Shown here: one piece after another, positions 1 to 9,528 of the stretch
Position numbering within the stretch: position 1 is the first letter of the stretch
Layout of the letters: every line of letters begins with the position of its first letter
Source: Candidatus Zixiibacteriota bacterium
GTDB taxonomy: Bacteria; Zixibacteria; MSB-5A5; UBA10806; 4484-95
Direction of reading: 5' to 3'
Length of the DNA: 64,000 nt
Assembly: GCA_037441845.1 (NCBI GenBank)
Contig: JBBIRK010000004.1
Location: forward strand, 191,074 to 255,073
Notes under the pieces: generated by a model
Told to the model about the DNA's origin: nothing
Database searches by the model: none
Seen by the model: only the letters and a program-made list of their open reading frames with translations
Program-made: the position numbers and the translations under genes

Positions 1-51
1 GATCAGATGTTTAGGTTGCGCCGCAATCCGATTAAAATTATCGTTTGACCT

Positions 52-504
52 ATGAAAAGCAAGCCGATCGGAGTGATCGGATCGTCGGCACCCTCCGATA
101 AGCATTACGATTATGCCGTTCGTGTCGGAAAACTGCTTGCCGAGCACGGGCTGATGATAGTTTGCGGCGGCCTGGGTGGAATTATGGAGGGCGTATGTAA
201 GGGTGCTTATGAGGCGGGCGGCCTGACGGTGGGGATTTTGCCCGATGATGCTCCTGAATCGGCCAACGGATTCGTGCGGATCGCTATAGCTACCGGTATG
301 GGGCAGGCGAGAAATAAGGTCATAATTAATACCTGCAAAGCGTTTATCGCCATATCAGGCGGATACGGAACGTTATCGGAAATCGCTTTCGCCCTTGCTG
401 CCGGCAAACCGGTGATCGGACTTGAGACCTGGAATATTGAAGGGATTCTTAAAGCTGATTCTCCGGAGCGCGCCGTTGAGTTGGTGCTTGAGAGGCTGTC
501 ATGA
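52..504 (+). CDS. TIGR00725 family / LOG-like (SLOG) Rossmann-fold nucleotide-binding protein
   Basis: VIGSS, CGGLGGIMEGVCKGA, GMGQARN and GGYGTLSEIAFAL motifs typical of the LOG/SLOG family. Confidence 0.85.
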   Translation: MKSKPIGVIGSSAPSDKHYDYAVRVGKLLAEHGLMIVCGGLGGIMEGVCKGAYEAGGLTVGILPDDAPESANGFVRIAIATGMGQARNKVIINTCKAFIAISGGYGTLSEIAFALAAGKPVIGLETWNIEGILKADSPERAVELVLERLS

Positions 505-782
505 GCGATTACGCGCGACTCTCCGGATTCGTCAGTGGGGTGGTGCAGGGTGTCGGGTTTCGCTTTTTCGTTCAAAGGCGTGCGGCGATGTATGGATTGA
601 CCGGCTGGGTCAGAAACCTCCCGGATGATAGAGTCGAATTCGTGGCCGAGGGGCCGCGGTCGATGCTCGAGCAATTTTTGAAAGATATAAGAGTGGGTCC
701 GCCGGCCGCCCATGTATCCGATGTCAAATTAACTTGGGATAAATATTCCGCGGAATTCAAGGAGTTCAGGATTAGATTATGA
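501..782 (+). CDS. acyP: acylphosphatase
   Basis: GVVQGVGFR and GWVRNLPD signatures; 93 aa. Confidence 0.95.
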   Translation: MSDYARLSGFVSGVVQGVGFRFFVQRRAAMYGLTGWVRNLPDDRVEFVAEGPRSMLEQFLKDIRVGPPAAHVSDVKLTWDKYSAEFKEFRIRL

Positions 783-1309
783 ACACGGAGAAACTGAAAT
801 CGAAAATACGTAACGTTCCCGATTTCCCGGAAAAGGGGATCGTTTTCCGGGATATCACAACACTGCTAAAAGATCCCGATTCGTTCAAAATGGTCATCGA
901 CTACCTTCATGAGAATTACAGGAAAATCGCACTCGATTGCGTCCTCGGCATCGAATCGAGAGGCTTTATTTTCGGTGGAGCGCTGGCTCATCGCTTGGGA
1001 ATCGGATTCGTGCCCGCCAGAAAGCCGGGGAAACTTCCCGCCGAAACCATCGCCGAATCGTACAGCCTCGAATACGGTAAAGCCACCCTCGAAATTCATA
1101 AAGACGCTATAAACAAAGGACAAAAAGTTCTTGTCATAGATGACCTTCTGGCTACCGGCGGGACTCTTCAGGCGGCCTGCCGGTTGGTGGAAAGGCTGGG
1201 TGGTCAAGTTGCCGGCATCTGGGTGTTGATCGAGCTGAATTTCTTGAATGGCCGTAAGCTGTTGGAGGGATATCCATTCCAGTCGTTGATTCAATACGAT
1301 TCGGAGTAG
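779..1309 (+). CDS. apt: adenine phosphoribosyltransferase
   Basis: PDFPEKGIVFRDIT, ESRGFIFG, RKPGKLP, YSLEYG and the PRPP motif VIDDLLATGGT. Confidence 0.97.
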   Translation: MNTEKLKSKIRNVPDFPEKGIVFRDITTLLKDPDSFKMVIDYLHENYRKIALDCVLGIESRGFIFGGALAHRLGIGFVPARKPGKLPAETIAESYSLEYGKATLEIHKDAINKGQKVLVIDDLLATGGTLQAACRLVERLGGQVAGIWVLIELNFLNGRKLLEGYPFQSLIQYDSE

Positions 1310-1433
1310 CCTGTCGCGACTTATCGATCGTTCTTGGCTGAGCTAATCGGCCGGATAGGTTTCGGCGGCTGAGGCAAAGTTTGGCTTGCTCGGCATTCGG
1401 GAAACTTATATTATTGCAAAACGGAGGTAAGCA

Positions 1434-1991
1434 ATGCTAGATACATCGGATTTCCGCAAAGGGATGCGGCTAAAATTGGAAAATGAAATATATTATATCG
1501 TCGATTTTCAACATGCCCGGACGGCCCAGCGTAGAGCCAACGTTTGGACCAAATTGAAAAATATCCGCACCGGGCAGGTGATAGAACGCACTTTCTCCGC
1601 CGGAGAGCAGTTCGAGGAGCCGGATTTCGTCCAGCGCACCATGCAGTATTTATACAACGATGCCGATGGGTTCCATTTCATGGATACCAAATCCTTCGAG
1701 CAATTTACGATTTCCGCCGAGAATATCGGTGACTACAAGTGGTATCTGCAGGAAAATCTTGAATATCAGATATTGTTTTTCGAGGGCTCCCCGATAGCGG
1801 TGGAAATGCCATCGGCGGTAGTGCTTAAGGTCATAGAATCCGAGCCGGGAGTAAAAGGCGATTCGGTATCGAATCTCACCAAGCAGGCCACCGTCGAGAC
1901 CGGTCTGAGGGTCAGGGTCCCCCTGTTCGTGAAAGAGGGGGACAGAATCAAGATCGATACCAGCGATGGCAAATATCTCGAGCGGGCGTAA
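1434..1991 (+). CDS. efp: elongation factor P with a non-canonical loop
   Basis: MQYLYND, FHFMD, EPGVKGDS, VETG..VRVPLF and C-terminal KYLERA; GGAGG RBS upstream. Confidence 0.95.
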   Translation: MLDTSDFRKGMRLKLENEIYYIVDFQHARTAQRRANVWTKLKNIRTGQVIERTFSAGEQFEEPDFVQRTMQYLYNDADGFHFMDTKSFEQFTISAENIGDYKWYLQENLEYQILFFEGSPIAVEMPSAVVLKVIESEPGVKGDSVSNLTKQATVETGLRVRVPLFVKEGDRIKIDTSDGKYLERA

Positions 1992-1997
1992 TCGGCA

Positions 1998-2645
1998 TTG
2001 GAGCAAATCGCCCCTGAATATCCGGTAGCCGGCACCGATGAGGCCGGAAAGGGCGATTATTTCGGCCCGCTGGTGTGCGTTGCCTGCCGTTTCGACAAGA
2101 CGACCATCGACTCGCTCGAGCATCTCGGAATCAGGGATTCGAAAAAAATCTCCGACAGCAGAATCCGTTTGATAGCGGCCGAATTGAAAAAGAAAATCCC
2201 CTATAGCATAGTGGCGATCGGGCCCCGACGATATAATGAGCTTCACGCCGAACTTAAAAACCTGAATCGTTTACTGGCCTGGTGCCACGCCAGAGCTATC
2301 GAAAATCTGTTGGCAAAAGCTGATTGCGCATCGATTATAACGGATAAATTCGGCGATGAAAGCCTGGTAATCGGAGCTTTGATGAAGCTCGGCCGACAGG
2401 TTAAGCTGATTCAGCGGACCGGAGCCGAAAGATTTCCGGCCGTGGCGGCCGCCTCGATTATCGCGCGCGACGAGTTTATCGCGCGTATGGAAGAGCTTTC
2501 TCGACGCTTCAGTATCGAGTTTCCGTTTGGAGCCGGGGCGCCTGTCGATGACGCCATTCGGCGCTTCGCTGCTAAATTCGGCGAGGACCAATTGGTTGAA
2601 GTGGCCAAAGTTCACTTCCGCAACACGCGTAAGGTCCTGGGATGA
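1998..2645 (+). CDS. rnhC: ribonuclease HIII-type RNase H (catalytic domain only)
   Basis: GTDEAGKGDYFGPL (HIII-type GKGD), GIRDSKK, AVAAASIIAR, AKVHF. Confidence 0.8.
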   Translation: MEQIAPEYPVAGTDEAGKGDYFGPLVCVACRFDKTTIDSLEHLGIRDSKKISDSRIRLIAAELKKKIPYSIVAIGPRRYNELHAELKNLNRLLAWCHARAIENLLAKADCASIITDKFGDESLVIGALMKLGRQVKLIQRTGAERFPAVAAASIIARDEFIARMEELSRRFSIEFPFGAGAPVDDAIRRFAAKFGEDQLVEVAKVHFRNTRKVLG

Positions 2646-3460
2646 GTTTTGAAATCTTGAAAAGACGTCTTCTGCGACTCATGAAAAACAATCGTGCGGG
2701 CGCCGGGGCCCTGGAAAATCAGTTGTATGGGGTCTTCATATCGGGCGCGCAAAGTTTGGACAGACGAAAATTCCACCGTCTTATCGAGATCGCCTTATCT
2801 TGGCATCCGCCGATGGCGAATATCTTGAATTTGATATCGTTCGTACAAAGAAAATCGGCTGTCGATTTTTCGGCGCTTTGCCGGCTGCTTATGATTCGCA
2901 GGCGGGCAATTAGAGCTGAAAGGGAAAGGCTTTATCGGCTTGCCGGCCGCCGAATAGCCTCCTGTGCGACGATCGCCACCATATCGCACTCGACCGCGGT
3001 CGAAAAATCGCTGCGGGCCGCGGTTGAGCTCGGCTGGCGTGGCAATATATTGATACCCGAGTCCCGTCCGGCGCTTGAGGGGCGCGCACTTGCCCGCCGA
3101 CTTTCAATACTTCCCGTTGGCGTGGAGTTCGGCGTGGATACCTTGATCTTATCGATGCTGGACAGGGTGGATGCGGCATTCGTGGGGACCGATCTGATCA
3201 CCGAAAGCCATTTCGTCAACAAGATCGGCACCACGTTGCTGGCCCGATCGTTGCCGCCGCGGAAATTTCTATACGTGCTTGCGGACAGCACGAAATTCTG
3301 GAGAAAGAAAATTCCAGGAATTCCTTCGATGCCGAGCGCGGAAATCTGGAAATACAAATCAGGAAAAATCAATATCTATAATCGTTATTTCGAGTTGGTG
3401 CCGCTTTCCGAACAAATCAGAATTATCCGCCCGGAACCGCCGGCCGCATCGTTCGAATAA
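2642..3460 (+). CDS. eIF-2B alpha/beta/delta-like (ribose-1,5-bisphosphate isomerase superfamily) protein
   Basis: PPMA, TISHSTAV, ESRPALEG, VGTD, NKIGT and YFE motifs of the IF-2B family. Confidence 0.8.
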   Translation: MSFEILKRRLLRLMKNNRAGAGALENQLYGVFISGAQSLDRRKFHRLIEIALSWHPPMANILNLISFVQRKSAVDFSALCRLLMIRRRAIRAERERLYRLAGRRIASCATIATISHSTAVEKSLRAAVELGWRGNILIPESRPALEGRALARRLSILPVGVEFGVDTLILSMLDRVDAAFVGTDLITESHFVNKIGTTLLARSLPPRKFLYVLADSTKFWRKKIPGIPSMPSAEIWKYKSGKINIYNRYFELVPLSEQIRIIRPEPPAASFE

Positions 3461-3471
3461 AAAGAAATACC

Positions 3472-4317
3472 TTGAAAAAAAGGGCTGTCGGCCGTAGGTT
3501 GTCTGTGCGGAGGGAATATGCCGTGGCAGGATTTATCTTTAATCTATTTTTAGGCGCCTTGCTATTTATTTCTTGCTCCAAATCGACTGCGCCCCAACCC
3601 ATGGGAAGATTTCAGCTTCATCTTCAGGATGCCGCCGGTCAGTTCGATTCCGTGTTCATAAATATGGAGAAAATTGAAATACATTGGGCGCAGGCGGCGG
3701 ATACGACTACCGGTTGGGATATCATACTCACTACTCCGGTGACGCACGATGTAGCCGCATTGCGCAACGGCAACCGACGGCAGTTGCTTTCGCGCTTGCT
3801 CGAGCCCGGCCGTTACGATTTTTTGAGGGTGAGGTTCGGTCAGTGCACGGCCGTTCGCAACGATACTCTGTTCGCTCTGGATTTTTGGCCCGATTCGTCG
3901 AATAACAGCGGAACGGCCGAAGGCCACGTCGAAATCAAAGATGACGAAATCACGCAGGCACTTATCGATATCGACCTGTTCCACGCCATATCTTTCGACG
4001 CCGACTCATCCCGATATTTTTTTACGCCGGTATTCCGCTTCATTGATCTGGATTCGACCGGCAGTGTTTTCGGATACCTAAACACCGCGGCGTATTTATT
4101 TTTATTTAATGATAATGATTCACTGGCCTTTACGCTTAGCGAGGGTGCGGGCAATTATTTCGGCTTTTTCGGCTTGCCCGAGGGATTATACGATATGACT
4201 ATATATCCTTTAGATAGCCTGACCTATGGTCCTATTTATACTGAGGATTTGTCGATAGTGCCGCCCTCGGCAATTAATCTGGATACCCTGATTCTGCCAT
4301 TTCGTTTGGTGGAATAG
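3472..4317 (+). CDS. DUF4382-like lipoprotein with a C-terminal carboxypeptidase-regulatory-like beta domain
   Basis: lipobox-like FISC; LQDA..FDSVFI..IEIH; LEPGRYDFLR; GLPEGLY. Start position uncertain. Confidence 0.65.
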   Translation: MKKRAVGRRLSVRREYAVAGFIFNLFLGALLFISCSKSTAPQPMGRFQLHLQDAAGQFDSVFINMEKIEIHWAQAADTTTGWDIILTTPVTHDVAALRNGNRRQLLSRLLEPGRYDFLRVRFGQCTAVRNDTLFALDFWPDSSNNSGTAEGHVEIKDDEITQALIDIDLFHAISFDADSSRYFFTPVFRFIDLDSTGSVFGYLNTAAYLFLFNDNDSLAFTLSEGAGNYFGFFGLPEGLYDMTIYPLDSLTYGPIYTEDLSIVPPSAINLDTLILPFRLVE

Positions 4318-5445
4318 ATGCAGAGACGGTGTTTCATTCAATCAACGGTAGCGGGCGCCGGGTTGCTGCTGCTGCCGGATTTCGTTCAATCATCGGAAGA
4401 AAGAGCAGCGGCGGCGGCCAAACCACGACCGGAATTTTATTATCCTGCACGCTTTTATGCTAAGCTCGAGAATGGAATAATCGAATGCCGTCTCTGTCCC
4501 CGTCGCTGCCGAGTGAGCGATCTTGAGCGGGGTTATTGCGGCGTTCGTGAGAACATTGGCGGCGAATATTTCACTTGCGTTTATTCGCGTGTCTGCTCGG
4601 CCAATACGGATCCGATAGAAAAAAAACCCTTCTTCCATTACCTTCCGGGGACATTTGCTTTTTCGGTTGCCACCGCCGGCTGCAATTTGAATTGCCGCTT
4701 CTGTCAAAATTGGAGCATTTCGCAGTTTCGTCCCGAGGATATTCCCGCCATGAAAATATCGCCCTCGCAGTGCGTAAAGCAGGCTAAAGAAAGCGGTTGC
4801 GTTTCCATCGCCTACACCTACTCCGAGCCGACGGTGTTCTATGAATACATGTTCGATTGTGCCGGCGAGGGGAAAAAAGCGGGGGTTAAATCGGTTCTTG
4901 TCAGCGCCGGATTTATCGAAAAAGAGCCGCTTGCGGCCCTTCTTGACGTGGTCGACGCCGTGAAAATCGACCTGAAGTCGTTCAGCGATGATTACTACCG
5001 ACGTATCTGCAACGGCAGGCTTCAACCTGTGCTCGATACGCTTCAGACGATAAAAGCGCGCGGCGTCTGGCTTGAAATAGTTTATCTTGTCGTGCCCGGT
5101 TTGAACGATTCGGATAAAGAGTTCATCGAACTGTCCAAATGGTTGTTCGCCAATTTGGGCCCGGACGTGCCGATCCATTTCACCAGATTTCACCCGGCGT
5201 ATCTGATGAACAACATTCCCATGACCCCCCAAAGCACTCTCGAGAGGGCGACCGCGATTGCCAGATCCGAGGGAATTCACTACCCTTACATCGGTAATGT
5301 ATTTGGCCATCGGGAGGAAAGCACATATTGCCACAAGTGCGGCCGACGTTTGATTCATAGATTAGGATTCCAGGTCGCTGAAAACCAAATTCGAAACGGA
5401 AGGTGTCCCGATTGTCGGATAGAAATCCCCGGGATCTGGGGCTGA
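4318..5445 (+). CDS. amrS: AmmeMemoRadiSam system radical SAM enzyme with a Tat-like leader
   Basis: CRLCPRRC..GYCGVR, DPIEKKPFFH, GCNLNCRFCQNW (CX3CX2C), AYTYSEP, C-terminal CxxC pairs. Confidence 0.92.
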   Translation: MQRRCFIQSTVAGAGLLLLPDFVQSSEERAAAAAKPRPEFYYPARFYAKLENGIIECRLCPRRCRVSDLERGYCGVRENIGGEYFTCVYSRVCSANTDPIEKKPFFHYLPGTFAFSVATAGCNLNCRFCQNWSISQFRPEDIPAMKISPSQCVKQAKESGCVSIAYTYSEPTVFYEYMFDCAGEGKKAGVKSVLVSAGFIEKEPLAALLDVVDAVKIDLKSFSDDYYRRICNGRLQPVLDTLQTIKARGVWLEIVYLVVPGLNDSDKEFIELSKWLFANLGPDVPIHFTRFHPAYLMNNIPMTPQSTLERATAIARSEGIHYPYIGNVFGHREESTYCHKCGRRLIHRLGFQVAENQIRNGRCPDCRIEIPGIWG

Positions 5446-7502
5446 TTTTCGGCTCATTCAATCTTGGTTTCATAAGCCTATCGGTTCAGGTTGTATTGGC
5501 GCGCCTTGCCGTCAGCTTCTCGGGCGGAAATGAAATTTATCTGAGTATATTTTTCTTTTTATGGCTGCTTTTCACCGGCATGGGCGCCTTTTTGATAAAA
5601 AAGATCCGGCCCCGCAATCTTTTTATTTTGCTGGCCGTTTTCGTGCCGGTATCGGCTGTGCAATTTTTTCTGACCGATAAAATTTACGGTCTGCCTGCAG
5701 GACAGCTTCCCCCGCCGCATTTATATTTATTCGGAGTGATCGTCTCGCTGTTTCCCGTTTGTTTCATAAGCGGTGGATTGTTTTCCTCGGTGGCATTTCA
5801 CGGCCGTGGAGAGGGGCGTTCCAGCAGAGCTTATTGGGGAGAGGCGATCGGCGCCCTGGTCGCCGGTCTTTTGACCACGATATATTATTTGGCCGGCGGC
5901 CGCGATATCACGCTGGTCATCTGCCTGGCGATTATTTGTTTGGCCGTTGCGATTCCGCCGAAATTCATTAAAGTGCCCATAATCATGATCGCTTTGTTTT
6001 GCCTTGTTTTCGGTTTCGATGCCGGTCTTGAAAATGCTTTATTGAAAATCCATTACCAACCTTTCAAGTTCAAGGATTCCGTATCGAGCCGCTTGATTCG
6101 CTACGACGCGACGACCAGTTCCGAATTGACCACTCTTTATGCCAGCGGGGTCAAACTGGCTGATTTTCCCGACGAAATAATCGGACAGGAGATTTTTTAT
6201 TGGCCTTACTTGATGAAACCGGAAATGAAGGATATCGCATTCGTCGGCGCCGAATTCCATATGGTCGATCGCTTAGTGCCGAAAAACATCAAACGGACTT
6301 ATATTTTTCCGGAAAACCGCTGGTACAGACTACTGAATGAAGGGCAGTATCCTCCTGAAATGAATGTCTGGTTGAAAGATCCGATATCGTTTTTTTCCAA
6401 TAACAAGAGAAAGCTCGATGCCATCAGTATCACTGCCGGTCGCCTGTTATCATTCTACGATTACCGTCTTGAAACTCACCGTTTCCTCAGCCTTTGCCGA
6501 AATAATCTCGCCGCAGGAGGCATCCTCTCGATTTCGATTCCGGCTTACGATGGAATGTGGCATCCCGAGCTCAGAAAGCGGATAGTGATGCTTCATCGGA
6601 ACTTGCGGTCGCTTTTCCCTGGCATTCGGATAATCCCGGGGGAAAGATTGACTTTCATATGTTCCGACGATCCCTTGTGGAAGCCGGAATTGGCGGCTTT
6701 GCTCGAAAGATGCGACAATCTTCAATTGCGATCGCCGTATTTCAACGGACCGATGATTTCATCGAGGCTGAACGATTTCAAACTCCACCAGACGCTAAAA
6801 CAATTGGAAGGTGACGAAAAGCAACCTCATTTGCTTTCCATTGGGCACGGTTTGGCTTATTATCTGTCGCAGTTCGGCGCTTGGTATGGATTGCGCGGTT
6901 TCGCAAGTCTATATACTATTGTGACATTATTGATCGTGGGTATAATCATCACTCTGATAAGCGGTAATTTCGCGGATAAGAGATTTCTTCCTTTGATAAA
7001 CATTTTTTATTTCGGGATTTGCGCTTTTCTTATCGAAATCATCGCGCTCTTCTATATCCAAATTCTTGGCGGATACATGTATCTGGCACTCGGAATGATT
7101 ATGGGGTTGTTCATGGCCGGAATGGTCCTGGGAGCCTTCTGGGGAACCTATATATCATTTAAGCAACCGTTGCTGAAAATCATTCTTGGAAGTTCAATGA
7201 TACCTTATGTCATTTTCACTGTGCTCGGTCTATTGAGTTTGTTACAACCGCAATGCGAATGGTTCTGGCTGTTGCTCGTGGGACTGGCGGGTATTGCGGG
7301 CGGGCTTGGCTATACGACCAATGCTAAATCGTTCGACAACCGACCGGGTTTGCCTTATGGCATTGATCTGGCCGGAGCGATGGTGGGCACAACCATATCG
7401 GTTGGACTGCTGGTGGCCACTATCTCTTACGAAGCGGTTTTTTTAGCAATCTCACTGATTGGACTGGCGCTTTTTGCAACAAATTGGAGGACCCGCGGGT
7501 AA
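5403..7502 (+). CDS. polytopic membrane protein with a central spermidine-synthase-like domain
   Basis: N- and C-terminal transmembrane bundles with Y..EAIGA / YGIDLAGA motifs flanking a soluble domain ending in L..GGIL. Start approximate. Confidence 0.65.
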   Translation: MSRLSDRNPRDLGLIFGSFNLGFISLSVQVVLARLAVSFSGGNEIYLSIFFFLWLLFTGMGAFLIKKIRPRNLFILLAVFVPVSAVQFFLTDKIYGLPAGQLPPPHLYLFGVIVSLFPVCFISGGLFSSVAFHGRGEGRSSRAYWGEAIGALVAGLLTTIYYLAGGRDITLVICLAIICLAVAIPPKFIKVPIIMIALFCLVFGFDAGLENALLKIHYQPFKFKDSVSSRLIRYDATTSSELTTLYASGVKLADFPDEIIGQEIFYWPYLMKPEMKDIAFVGAEFHMVDRLVPKNIKRTYIFPENRWYRLLNEGQYPPEMNVWLKDPISFFSNNKRKLDAISITAGRLLSFYDYRLETHRFLSLCRNNLAAGGILSISIPAYDGMWHPELRKRIVMLHRNLRSLFPGIRIIPGERLTFICSDDPLWKPELAALLERCDNLQLRSPYFNGPMISSRLNDFKLHQTLKQLEGDEKQPHLLSIGHGLAYYLSQFGAWYGLRGFASLYTIVTLLIVGIIITLISGNFADKRFLPLINIFYFGICAFLIEIIALFYIQILGGYMYLALGMIMGLFMAGMVLGAFWGTYISFKQPLLKIILGSSMIPYVIFTVLGLLSLLQPQCEWFWLLLVGLAGIAGGLGYTTNAKSFDNRPGLPYGIDLAGAMVGTTISVGLLVATISYEAVFLAISLIGLALFATNWRTRG

Positions 7503-7565
7503 TAAATCGTAGTTGATAATGGCGGTGCATTCATCGCCGATAAGATATTACAGGATGGAGGAAAA

Positions 7566-9266
7566 ATGCTGAAAAGAAAAGCCATATATATACTGCTTGC
7601 GATTGGGGCGATCGGGCTTTATTTGTTCGCCACCGCACAACGGCCAAGCGATTCCCTGTACGGTTACCTGAAATTATCCTCGAACGTCGCATTCAATATC
7701 AATGCTCGTTACGTGGACGAGGTGAACTCCAAGGATCTGATTTATGCCGGCATTCGGGGGATGATAGATATTCTCGATCCCTTCTCCGAATTTCTGGAAC
7801 GAAAAGAATATGATCGTCTACAGGAATCTACGACCGGCAAATACTCGGGGCTGGGTATGACCATAATGCAGAAAGACGGGGTGATCATGGTTGTCGCCCC
7901 GATGGAGGGAACCCCGGCTTATCGTATGGGACTGCGTGCCGGAGACAAAATCATTCGTATCGATAATAAGCCTACCAGAGGAATGACGACGGAGGATGCT
8001 TCCAGTCTGATGAGGGGACCGGCTGGCACCAAGGTGACGCTGAGCATCGAACGTGAAGGCGTCGATCAGCCTCTCGAATACACCATCGAGAGGGCGGTCA
8101 TCGAAATCAAGACGGTCCCTTTTTATTCCACTTTCAACAGCAACGGCACCAAACTTGGCTATGTCAGGTTAGCCAGGTTCGGTGAGGAGGCGCAAACCGA
8201 ACTTGAAACCGCTTTTTCCGAGATCGTCAATTCAAACGTTGAAGGAATCATTTTCGATTTGCGTTCTAATGGCGGCGGCCTGCTCGACCAGGCGGTGAAA
8301 GTAGCCGGCTACTTTTTGCCGAAAGGTTCTGAGGTGACCTCGACCAGGGGCAGAAGCGATGATCAGAATAGAGTCCTCTATTCGCTTGAAGAGCCCAGAA
8401 TCCCCATGAGCATTCCGGTGGTTATTCTTGTCAATGAGATGTCGGCGTCGGCTTCGGAGATCGTCGCCGGCGCGATTCAAGATTGGGACAGGGGGATAAT
8501 TGTCGGCAACACCACCTTCGGTAAAGGACTCGTCCAGCAAATCTATCCATTATCGGACGAGGCCGCTTTGAAACTGACCACCGCCAAATGGTATATTCCA
8601 TCGGGAAGATGTATCCAGAAGGATTCCCGATCATCGCGCCACCCTGAGAGATTGGCTGAGAATGACGGGGAAACGCCCGCCGATTCCACGGAATCGCCGG
8701 ACACTACGACCAAGGAGATATTTCACACGCGCGGCGGCAGGATTGTTTTCGGTGGGGGGGGAGTGGTGCCGGACCTGAAGGTGGAGGACGATAAACTGAA
8801 TGCGCTTGAATTGAATTTGGAGAGGTTGTCGATGTTCTTCGACTTCTCCGTCCGCTATTCCACCAGCCACGCTTCGTTGCCGGAGGATTTCGAGGTTACG
8901 CCGCAGATGATCGATGAATTCAAAGCTTTTCTTAAAGAGAAGAAATTCACCTATAAATCGGAACTCGAACTTGATCTCGAACGTCTCGAAAAAACCGCTG
9001 AAAAGTCCGGGAAAAGCAGTCTTTACGCCGATGAAATCGCGCTTTTGAGAAACGAGATAAAGGCCGATAAGGAACGTCAATTCGAAGAAAGCATCGATTA
9101 CATCAAGCGCTCGATAAAACGTGATATTCTTACCCGTCTCTATGGAGAAAAAGCGGTTTATCGCCAAATCGTGCTGAAAACGGACCCTTATCTGAACAAA
9201 GCGGTGGAAATTCTTAAATCGCCCAAGGAGTATTCCGCTATTCTCGGAAATACGGGCACCAGATAA
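7566..9266 (+). CDS. ctpA: S41 family carboxyl-terminal processing protease
   Basis: signal peptide, PDZ (YSGLG), DLRSNGGGLL, SASASEIVAG (Ser), TFGKGLVQ (Lys). Confidence 0.95.
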   Translation: MLKRKAIYILLAIGAIGLYLFATAQRPSDSLYGYLKLSSNVAFNINARYVDEVNSKDLIYAGIRGMIDILDPFSEFLERKEYDRLQESTTGKYSGLGMTIMQKDGVIMVVAPMEGTPAYRMGLRAGDKIIRIDNKPTRGMTTEDASSLMRGPAGTKVTLSIEREGVDQPLEYTIERAVIEIKTVPFYSTFNSNGTKLGYVRLARFGEEAQTELETAFSEIVNSNVEGIIFDLRSNGGGLLDQAVKVAGYFLPKGSEVTSTRGRSDDQNRVLYSLEEPRIPMSIPVVILVNEMSASASEIVAGAIQDWDRGIIVGNTTFGKGLVQQIYPLSDEAALKLTTAKWYIPSGRCIQKDSRSSRHPERLAENDGETPADSTESPDTTTKEIFHTRGGRIVFGGGGVVPDLKVEDDKLNALELNLERLSMFFDFSVRYSTSHASLPEDFEVTPQMIDEFKAFLKEKKFTYKSELELDLERLEKTAEKSGKSSLYADEIALLRNEIKADKERQFEESIDYIKRSIKRDILTRLYGEKAVYRQIVLKTDPYLNKAVEILKSPKEYSAILGNTGTR

Positions 9267-9499
9267 CGGCGTATTCAGCGCGCCGCGGGATTCCATATAG
9301 TTTTCCGTTTTCGGCAGTCTATGGCAAAACATTCGGCATAGCGGTCGGCTATGATATTTGCGTTTTCACTGTCATTTCACGATAGACCGATTATTCCTGC
9401 TGTAGAACAGTTTGATTTATAGCCTTTGCTGGTCGGCCATTGCTTTTCCACCGGGCTTGCAATCGGCGCCGAATTGTGTTTATTTTCACAAGAATTCGC

Positions 9500-9528
9500 T
9501 TGACAAAAAATAAGGTGCTGATTAATAT
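9500..9528 (+). promoter_or_regulatory. sigma70-type promoter for the moeA-like gene
   Basis: TTGACA-17 bp-TAATAT. Confidence 0.7.

Noticed and set aside
4390..5358. 322-aa minus-strand ORF
   Set aside because: Antisense shadow of amrS with no motifs.
1434..7502. radical SAM and spermidine-synthase-like genes as EF-P modification enzymes
   Set aside because: The link rests only on shared strand and proximity. AmrS is not EpmB-like, has a Tat-like leader, and the EF-P tip is not Lys.
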